Assembly: GCF_964355755.1 (NCBI RefSeq)
Contig: NC_092670.1
Coordinates: forward strand, 26,212,795 to 26,276,794
Direction: 5' to 3'
Length of the DNA stretch: 64,000 nucleotides
Source of the DNA: Antedon mediterranea
Taxonomy: Eukaryota > Animalia > Echinodermata
The position numbers and the translations under genes are program-made. The notes beneath the pieces are model-generated. The model saw nothing but the letters and a program-made list of their open reading frames with translations. It ran no database searches and was not told the origin of the DNA. Positions 53,901-64,000 of this stretch are shown here, piece by piece (the stretch's first letter is position 1; each line of letters begins with the position of its first letter).

Positions 53901-53999
53901 CGGGTTTGGGTAAACTTTGTGCAACTGTTTAAAAAATTGCACAGTAATATTAAGTTCTTATTGCAGAATTTGATTTACTATCTAATTAAGGTGTTTTAA

Positions 54000-54002
<3 letters not shown>

Positions 54003-54030
<28 letters not shown>

Positions 54031-54063
54031 GTTATTAGTGTTATTATTATTATTATTATTATT

Positions 54064-54100
<37 letters not shown>
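54003..54100. repeat. (TTA)n microsatellite, interrupted
   Basis: Directly visible. Confidence 0.9.
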
Positions 54101-54949
54101 TATTTAAAATCATGTCTTGTAAGAAAATTACACAATGTAAATTTTATTAAGAAAAGAATTTAGTTTTTTATGTAAATTGTGGGTTTTGGTATTGGGTAAC
54201 ACAGAATTTCATGTATATTAACTAAAATAATTTGTTTCATTTGTTAAACTTGTGTTAATTACTGGGAAGAAACAAGAATGCTCTTAATTGAAAAATATTT
54301 CATCTACAGTTAAGATAGCATTTCTGAAAGTTGAATGATGTTCCATTATTAATCATACAGTCATAAATTGCATACAAACAGTTATAGAATGCCAAGTGCC
54401 CAATTTTCTTCTATAGGCTTTACAGCTAAAAATGTTGACTAATGTATTGTATTTTCTCATTAATACACAGCATAATAATATTGGTGTTAGGTCATTAATC
54501 ACTTTTGCCCCTTTTTTTCAAAATCTAGCCTTACAGGAAATACTGTACATTTACTTTATAAGAAGCATTCATTTATCACTGTAGTACAGATTTTATTCTG
54601 TAAGATAGGATTCGGAAGCCGCAAAACATACATGTGTCACTAAAATGCAAAGAATAATGTGTTTAAGTTGGTCAGGATTGTTGTTGAGTGTAAACTTTTT
54701 GTGGCACATAGGATTGAAAGAATGAAACATGAATGTTTTGTAGAACACAATAGTAGTGAGGATATCTTTTTTTCCTTTTTTTTTTGTCCGTAAAAAAGTG
54801 GAGCATCAACATCTTTTAAATGCCAGTAATTGTATGCGCATGTTGATTATCATCAGTAGCTATGCTTTTGTCTTTATATATAAAGATAATCTATGAAAGA
54901 CCAGCTAAAAGAGGTTTTAAAGATTAAACTGTAATGCTCTTTATGGCCA

Positions 54950-54955
54950 AATAAA
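54950..54955 (+). terminator. Candidate distal polyadenylation signal of Khc
   Basis: AATAAA followed by GT-rich tgtctgtgattcgtctgtt, just before TE-dense DNA resumes. Confidence 0.3.
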
Positions 54956-55109
54956 TCTAAAAGCTTCAAATGTCTGTGATTCGTCTGTTACCGTGTTGAT
55001 TTTACTTCACCTGCATGACAACACCAAACAAACCATTGTACTGTAGTTTCATAGCATTGAATTTTATTTCATTTTCAGAGCCCATAAAATCTAAATCCTG
55101 TTCCCTTAA

Positions 55110-55272
55110 CGGGTGTCTAGAAAACTAAGATCTAGAAAACTAAGACCTAAGATATATTATTTTTCTAGTTCTTAGTTTTCTTGATCCGATGATGGGTGTC
55201 TAGACAACTAAGATCTAGAAAACTAACACCTACTAAGATATCTTAGTTTTCTGGATCTAGAAAACTAAGATT
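55110..55272. repeat. Cluster of direct and inverted tctagaaaactaaga repeats (MITE-end-like)
   Basis: Motif recurs in both orientations. Confidence 0.65.
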
Positions 55273-57320
55273 TGTTCACGCTGCTGCTTTAGCCAGCTAC
55301 GTCCCAAGAGGACTACTCATTTATAAGCTATAAGAAAGCAGCAGTTATAGTTCTAGAGGCAGACGTTTTTGATTTTGTAAACTAAAATTACAAACCCCAA
55401 AGCATGTCTGGGAGAAGAAAGTCTATGAAAAAAATTGGCGATTATACAGTATTATATAGATGCAGTGATCTGTAAAATCTTGTTCAATTAATAATGACTT
55501 TGTTCTTGCTGTCAAAATAGGCCAGTATTATAATAATTCACTGTCAAATAATCAAAACATTATTTCTGGTATTTACAATGAGTCCCATTTTACCGTCAAT
55601 CTAGACCAATATATATATATATAATACTGTAATGCGCTGTCAGATAATCATTGAATTATTATCAAAACAGTCCATATACAGTAATAGTAAAGTTTTTGGT
55701 TATAATAGGATACAATTTCTTGACACTTGAAGCATCTAGGCTTGATGAAGTGACCCCCAGACTTGTCACCGTATAGTCGATTGAAATAGTACAGTACATG
55801 TAACGATACATCACTAATACGACGTTTATATTTTTTTGTACAGTAATTACATTATTAATTAATACAAACGTTCAGAAGGAACTGTGTAATAAAGTAAACA
55901 CCTCTATTCGGGGAAAATCGTAAATTCGGCCTAAGGTTTGTTTATGTCTCGGTGCAAGGTATTTTTTTTTTATTGTTTCGAAAAGACGCTTACAGTTGGT
56001 AATTATTTCGTTATATTAATAATTGCTATAACTTCTGAATTTGTTATTCTGTTTGACAGACTTTTTTAGTGTATTTTATCATTCGTTATTTTGATGCAAA
56101 CGTTGTTCAATTACCGTAGAACATTTATTTCTATGTGCTACTGTCATCATTAGATAAATTATTTTTTTTTTTGTAAGCCTAAACTAACTGGAATAAAAAC
56201 TAATTTCTTTATATACTTTCTTTATATATAAATCCGTTCAAAATGATTCAATATCCACCTTAGGGAATCCACCTAATATCCATATTAGGGAAGGATGCCC
56301 AAACAATTATTTAGAAATAAAGAGTCATAATATACTTATTAACTTGATGTGCAGGGCGTAGTTGTTTTCCCTTTGTTGCTGAAACATAATGCACTAAACA
56401 AAAGAACAAAAGCAGCAGTATTTCAACACATTAGCACACTAAATTAATAAATGGGACACCCCTATTTTCCCATCTTTTTATAATGGTATAGTCCATACAA
56501 GTCGAGGTGGCCGAAAACGGCACCTGATCCAACTTTTACTTTAAGTCGAAAATTCGAGCCAAAAACAACAAGTTTACGTAATTTACAGGTAAATTAATTT
56601 GATTACATTTCGTCTGGAAAATTGTCGCGAGCGAAAGGAAACAAAGATTTCAAACCACGAATATGCATGATGCTAATTAGGATTGTTTACAACTCGTCAT
56701 GGTATTCCAGTGAAAACGCGTAGTGACCGTGCAGAGTCACTAAAGACTCAATTATACTCAAGTCATCTTGTCAAATAGTTTCACTCCGCGGACGGGTAAA
56801 AAAGAATCTCCGCGCGATTGATCGAACCCTCTTTCTTTGATATTTGGTCAAACAATGATAGAAGTACTAAAAAACACCAAATTTGTAAAAAAAGATAAAT
56901 GCTGCTCGGATTAGCTGTATATACTTATTTTTGTCAAAAATAAATAAAATATGCACATTTTATTATAAATTAACTTCAAAACTAAAGATTTGCAATAAAA
57001 GTTGGGTAGCAATGGATATCGTATATGGGCTTTCATTTGACACCAAATTCTTCAAAACATTTATTTATATGAATATATAAACACAAAAATTACACTACAA
57101 TATATTCATTTTTTATATAAAAATATTAATTATGCACATTTTCCAACAAAATTAGCTTAAAAATGTAACATTTTCAATACAAGTTGGGTATCAGTGGATA
57201 GCATATTCTATGGGATTTCTTTTGATACCATACATCTATTGACATATTAAAGAACAATATAACCCAAAAATGTATTTTTTTTTAAATGTTTTTGGATCAA
57301 AGGTCAGTATAAGCATTTCA

Positions 57321-58083
57321 TTTTTAGTCGCGTGGACGCGACTCTATAGTTCACTATGTCGGTTGGTCTGTCGGTCTGTCTGTCTGTCGGTCCGGTATCA
57401 CTATGCGTTTTATGGCTTTTCTGTACTTTTTGAACTGTTTTGATGTCAACATGTGGCATTTACGTGAAATTGTGCACCTCCTATTGTGAATGACGTTAGA
57501 GTTGCGCAACGTGATTTACGCGCGATTTAACGATTTTCTCGTATTTAACATAGGTCAAAAACCAAATAACATTTTAAATTGAAACTTTGCAAAAGTTTAA
57601 TTTATATCAGGCGCTAACTTTCTGTTGAAAAAAAATGTGTTTTACACAAAGGTACGCGCGCACGAGCATTTAAAATTTTAAAATGCGCAAAATTAATTTT
57701 TAATAAACTTTCTACGCGTTTCTTGTCATTATTTTGAGCATGTCAAAAATTCCCATACGCGCGCAAATTTTACGCGCGCGGTGCGCACATAGCGTTAAAT
57801 ACATACTTTTTTCGCGTGATTTATGTTTTTGCAGCCTTTTATAATAATTTTACCAACTTTTAAACAATTTCGACTTAAAATTACGTCATACGAGCACGTC
57901 GAATTGGATAATTTGCGGACGTTTTTGATGAAAAAGTTAAAAAATTCGTCAAAATTATGCCTTTTTAGTCGCGTGGACGCGACTCTATAGTTCACTATGT
58001 CGGTCGGTATGTCTGTCGGTCTGTCTGTCGGTCCGGTATCACTATGCATTGTAGCACGCGACTTAATGGCTGTTGGCCTTGTT
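57321..58083 (+). mobile_element. DINE-1/HINE-like (Helentron-associated) element with a duplicated head
   Basis: tttttagtcgcgtggacgcgact head plus GTCY microsatellite at 57321 and 57962; 3' subTIR cacgcgact, hairpin ggctgttggcc, T-rich flanks. Confidence 0.7.
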
Positions 58084-60583
58084 TTGGTATACTCTAGTTG
58101 TGTTAAAGCAAATATAAATGTGTGTATTCTAAACAATTTGTAACCAACAGCAAATCTCTATGTCAAGTAGTTATCGAGGTATAAGAACCACACATTTTAA
58201 CCTTTGACCCCGATTTTGGGCATGTTCGTCCCCGGATAGCAATTCTGGTACACATCCCATGTTGAAATTATCATATAACAGTTGAGATGTTCTCTCCTAA
58301 ATTAAATGCATACAAATCTTACTCAGGTCCTAGACTAATAATACCCGTTTTGGACAATGGTACGCTCTTTATTATAATCGCCATTTACGCAATGGCTGAT
58401 CAGCACCAATGAGCACGGTACCAAATAAACACAACTCTTGGCAATGAATGGATGAATAACAAATTGGGCATAAAGCAATTTCGTTTATGAATGAATACAG
58501 CTGTCAGATATGAATTTATCTGTTAGTATTTGAGTATATTTCGTACATTCGAAGAGCGATTTTGAAATATCTGAGTGACTTTTTCAAAGATGGACTGAAA
58601 TATTTTGATATTAATATTGATATTAATACACATTTGTTTATATTGGAAAACATGCATACGCATAATAACAAATATCAAGAAACATGAAAAAGAGTAATAG
58701 TGATTCTTTAAGCCAGCATCTTGGTAAGTTATACTTAATTATTTGTCTAAATTTAGGCCCTACATAATAGGACACGTATCAGTAATATATTGTATTTACT
58801 GTGTATATTGAAACAACAGAAAATACATTAAAAACATGACCCATAACATACATATATAATATCTATTCTTATTTATTTTCAGATGGTTTAAACAATATAT
58901 AATTAGTTTAGGTAATCAAAATTATCTATATTACCTCATTTTACCGATTTATAAAATCAATTAATCCCAATATCGGACGGATGTTTAAATGTAGTATGCG
59001 ACTGACAACTACTGCGCAGCTTTAAATCTTTACTGAAACAAAATCAAAAATATTTTTCAAGTTGGATATTAAACTACTTGATAGTAAGAATGTTTATATC
59101 TGTCTTTCTTTTATTAATTAAAGTGTGTCTCAATTATTGTCAAAATCAATGAATTATTCTGTCCATAGAAGTACAATCTACTCTTCACACATAGTCCATA
59201 CACTAATAACAATTCACATATTATGAACAACATTTAACATGAATTGAAAGAATCATGTTTATCGAAATTCGAATACAGTATACCATGGAATAGGATAAGA
59301 ACAATTCCTGGTGATAGCGGAGGCGGGGATGGGAAAGGAATGTGGAGGAGGATCACTATCTAAACCTGCCTCTGTTTTGTTTTGAATGTTTATTATGGTA
59401 AAAATATGTATTCAAACAATTATCATTTTTTTAAATTTATAGTGAATAACGCCACTGTAACAAATGATTAGTTGGCCAAATCTGCTTTCAATTATAAAAT
59501 CAATGGTGTTGAAATACTGAATTGTATTTGTAGATAATCGGATTGTCGAAAGTGAATAATTTTCTGATGAAATCGACAACAATCAATATACATTACTGAA
59601 TAAAGATGTTATGATATTTGAATAGGCTATTCCGGTATACATTTTAAAATTAGGTATATTTAAAAGATAACGAATGTGGGCAGAAAACAGATTTTCTTTT
59701 TAAACAAAATTTGAAGGAAATTTTTCTGCATGACGTTCAAGATCTTTTGTATCGTTTAAACGATTATTTAATTGACAAAATTAATAAACAAAAAATAGAT
59801 AAATGAATGCTTTATAAAATACACATTAAAAATAAGGAGGGAAAACCAAATTGTTCGTATGTGTGTCTGGTGGACCTTTTCAGTATTACTTGAAACATAT
59901 ATTTAAATAATTTTAGCGCTCCGTGTGTTACTGAACTTAAAGTTATTTACAGTAAGCATGGATTAACAAAATAATTTCTTCATGCAGTAAGTACACTCTA
60001 TTGTTCTCTAATACGAAGAGCCTATGAGTCTTCATGGGAATTGTACTGTATAGTTCATTGGTGAGAAAAGAGAAACCAAAATGATTCCAACACGCAAATG
60101 AATGAGGATACAATTCCTTAAATTTTACATTGAAAATGGCAAATGATGTTGAAATTTCCATCAATAGAACCTAACAAGAATGCTTATAATAATTGAAATT
60201 TAATGAAGCAAGTAATGCGTAAATATAAAACAAAAATTGAAATTGTTTGAGGTAATTTAACTATGGAAAAAATAAATCTTATTGTGAAAAATGGTATTGT
60301 TGTAATTAAATTGCCAAAAAGGTACAATGCAAATATGCTTCAGGGTATGGACTAAGTCCGTTTTGTTGGAGTATTTTTTTCAGAGTATTATACTTACCGT
60401 ATCAACGGTTGAGAAGTAGACGTAACTACACTACACTAGATATTTAATACACTTTATTAGAATTCCCACCTTCAATATAAAGTCAAAGTCAATGTGATTT
60501 TTTAAAAAAATACTAAGCACAGAGATTGTTCATCATCCACCTTGGGTTAGTCGGAAGTTTGATTTAAGTAGAACACAGGGAAC

Positions 60584-60653
60584 ATGTATCGAAGTATTCA
60601 AAGACTTGAATCTTGGAGACGGAATGCTTTTACTGATTTGACGAATTCTTCAG
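60584..60653 (+). CDS. Candidate first coding exon of a neighbouring gene (MYRSIQRLESWRRNAFTDLTNSS)
   Basis: aacATG with upstream in-frame stop, strong CAG|gtaaga donor, D-box-like motif; no further exon identified. Confidence 0.35.
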
Positions 60654-61794
60654 GTAAGAAAAAATCAGGCAAATGCATATCTTATTATGAGTCAACGTCA
60701 AATAATGGTCGAAATTGTCTCTATAGGCCTACATGTAACTAGCATATTGTCTCTATAGACCTACATGTAACTAGCATTATAGTTATAACCTGGCACAGTA
60801 CTCTTTATTTTACCATATAGAAGTAACGCAATATTATACAAGCGTTTTTAAAAACTGGCATACATATAGTAAATAATAAACTATAGGCCTACACTCCAAG
60901 ACCATCATTCCTACATAAAATCCCGCCCCTCCTGTTTAAATTTGTTTGTCTTAATGCGTGTAATGGGTATGCATTACCTACCAATGCTTGATTTCGTGGT
61001 TTAAGTCTTAATTTAGGATTTAATAATAATTCGCTGTTTTAATAATAGTTTGCGACGTGACTCTGAATCTGATGGTTCTCATTGTTTGACAAAGTTGTAT
61101 GGAAACTGTGACCGGTGACAATGAAATTATAATAAATATAAAGGTTAAACAATTTCAGTTAGGTCACTTAATCTACTACTACTACTAATACTAATACTAC
61201 TACTTGAAAATATCATGTCAGTGATACCGTGATGATGAACATGCGCTTCTACTTTTGTGGCAGTATTCTTGAAATCTAACCTCAATTATGCAGTGCAGGT
61301 TATATACAGTAATCTGCCTTTAACCACAATGTGTGCTGTTGACCAATTTATCTTTAATAATGTTAAAATGGTTCAATTAAATAATGTTACTGTTTGTGAT
61401 TCTTGGAAATCATATTAATTTAGTAGTGTGTATCAAATTTCGTCTTTCTACTTTTTTATTTTACATAGATAGTACACAGTGTGATATACAAGAGTCTAAT
61501 CAAAAGCTTCAGTATTATTATTATTGTTATTATTATTATTAGACTTACAGTAGAACTCCTCCTTTAAAGAGGATAACATTAATACATATAAATAGTTAGG
61601 CCTATATTTTATACTGTTTAAAAAAGTAGCTAAACATAATAGTGAGGTCCTTTATGTTATGCTTTATATTTTACCTATATACAAAATTATTCGTTTCTTT
61701 TTAAACGTTACATATCTTTAGCAATTTGCATCCCTTTTCAATTTACTTAATGTATCAATGTAGATAACATTATGGAGTTATTGAATCATGGAAT

Positions 61795-62480
61795 TCAGTG
61801 AATCTTTCGAAATTTCCCTGCTGTTTTTAGGTATCTTTTACAAAAACTATCCAAAATATTTTCACACTCTTCATCAATTAAATTATCTGAGTATCCCAAA
61901 ATATATTTAAGTTTGTCATTTTCATGGGAAGTATAAAAAGTATCAAACATATCTTTGCTGCCATTTCTATACATTTCCACATATAAATCAAATAATTCCT
62001 GATTACGTATATTATTTAACGGTGGACAATTAAGGATAAAATGATGGATGTCTTCGTCCGAGTTTGTACCGCATAATTTACATTTCTTATTATTATCAAT
62101 ATTCTAATTTGCAGTTCTATCATTTAAAGGTAGAGTATTTGAACGAACTTTAAATTTTAATGCAACACCTTCAAAATTAGTTTATCAATTAAGTAGTTTT
62201 CAAATCCAGGTTTTGATTTTAATGTTTCATAGATGTGTAGACTTGATTTTTTTGTAATTCAATTCTCCATTCATCTATCATTATAGAGTTAAGTTTTCTT
62301 AAGATTTCAGAAATTGGAAAGTGGACTTCTTTATAATTTGAGAGAGTGGTGAAAATATATTTGGATTCACAAGAGAATATCGTTTATACAAGATAGAAAC
62401 TTATACCTTAAGTCTTTAAATTCACAATTAAGTTGTAGCATTCCAATAAACATAATGTTAAACATAATTTTACTAAATTT
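61795..62480 (-). mobile_element. Decayed non-LTR retrotransposon 3' end with CCHC zinc knuckle
   Basis: KFKVRSNTLPL...CKLCGTNSDEDIHHFILNCP, with an in-frame stop and frameshifts. Confidence 0.7.
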
Positions 62481-62845
62481 ATTTTTCTCTTAGACTTCCG
62501 ACAACACGGAGATTCACAGTCGGGTATAAACCAAAGAGTAAACCGTATGGCTCCACAATCGACCTGGTATTGTCGACTCTGATTATTTGATATCCTTATT
62601 TGTTCCATTCATTCTGCATGAGTTCAGAAACTCATTATAGCCATTGTGTTGTTTATATTAACACAGAAATTCAGCGTGTTTGTTGACACCAGAACACTTC
62701 GATATGGATTTTCACTGCGTATTTCAATCAATATTTGTTATCAGTAGTGTTGCTAGTTGATTGAAGATGAGAATTCGTATTTTATTAACATTATTGATGA
62801 TTTTGAAAATCATCATTTTTTATTAGGAATTATTACCAATCTCCA

Positions 62846-63100
62846 ATGCTTTTGACCATAGATATATTCACTACAATATCTCTATGTTTTGACGCTATTG
62901 ATTATCACAACATTCTTTTATTCAAATTGAATCCATGGACCTGTATCACATCTTTTCAAAAGTTACCTTTCCAATCGTGTCCAGTAACATGTTTTGCAAT
63001 TCTATCTCTAATTTCAATTATATTACTTGTGGCATCCCCCTGGTCTCTTTAATTGGTCCCCACTACTATTCATTTAATATATTAACGATATCTACATTTC
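62846..63100 (+). mobile_element. Decayed CR1/L2 RT fragment
   Basis: FDAID.HNILLFKL, SYLSNRVQ, ITCGIP..IGP.LF..YINDI. Confidence 0.7.
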
Positions 63101-64000
63101 TTTCCATTACTTAATTTTTTTCCTTTCTTTCATTACATTACTTTTAAAAAAAAATCCCTGTTGTCATAGTCTGTAAATAAATGAAGGTTCATTTCGGCCG
63201 CGTAATTTACAAATAAAAATCATTCCTCTAGTCAAATGGTGAGTAAAGACGAAGAGACTAACCAAGTAATACATTCAATTTTGCAAAACTTATTAAATAT
63301 AATTTTGAAGTTCTTACGAGAGGCAGACGCTTCCGGTAAATATTCCACTCTCATACAAATAGATTCCGAACTAGTTTTTATACTCATCTGCCATTAGAGC
63401 ACTGATTGCGTGATGGCATTTTTGTTGTGGATTTGCACTGTTTTTCTCTTTTGTTTTGTGGATCATTTAATCTATTAACATTATGTAGGCCACTGGCCCA
63501 AATGTACAATAATAGATAATGAATTTAAGTAGTAACAGCAATTATATCTCCTTTTATATGTGAAAAGGGCAAATCTTACCAAGTTATTGATTTGTTTTCC
63601 TCTTTTTGTTGTTCATTAGTAAAATAAATCATTTGAACGAGCGCTGTCTGATAAAAATAGAAGAAAGAAAAATGACAACATTATATTTTAATATATTATA
63701 CGGTAATGCATAATCATGGAGGTATAATGTATGATATTGTGTTTTATTACAAAATATTTGAAAACAAATGTCACTTGATTCTAAACCACACCAGCTGATA
63801 TCGTACGTAGATTAGACCGACTGTTTGTAACCTGTTCATATTTCATTGAACGAATACAATTAATTATTGAAGTTGAAACTAGTATGAACTAGTATTACAA
63901 TAACGTGTATACAAATGTATTGATTTGCGATGAATGGAACATTCCAATCTCTCAGTCTCAGTATTATTTAGTTTAATACAAATAGGTACATTTATGGGTC

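Overview
AT-rich animal genomic DNA, most likely an echinoderm, judged from my recollection of sea-urchin kinesin heavy chain. The window is dominated by one + strand gene, kinesin-1 heavy chain (Khc/KIF5). Twenty-one GT-AG exons from 11036 to 38062 join in frame into a 963-aa protein with motor, neck, coiled-coil stalk and IAK-type tail. Its promoter region and exons 1-2 are also present in a near-identical 7.43-kb tandem duplicate upstream (1-6383 vs 7434-13817). The most interesting signal is a modular, apparently alternatively spliced C-terminal tail (36944-51507). It includes a stop codon inside a splice donor, frame-preserving cassette exons and microexons, a tandemly duplicated exon pair whose protein motif is conserved while its codons have diverged, and competing last exons. 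Introns and flanks carry many MITEs, decayed LINEs, a tRNA-derived SINE, a 5S-derived SINE, Helitron/HINE-like elements and a perfect 34x21-bp minisatellite. There is no CRISPR array or prokaryotic system. All splicing calls come from sequence alone and need RNA evidence.
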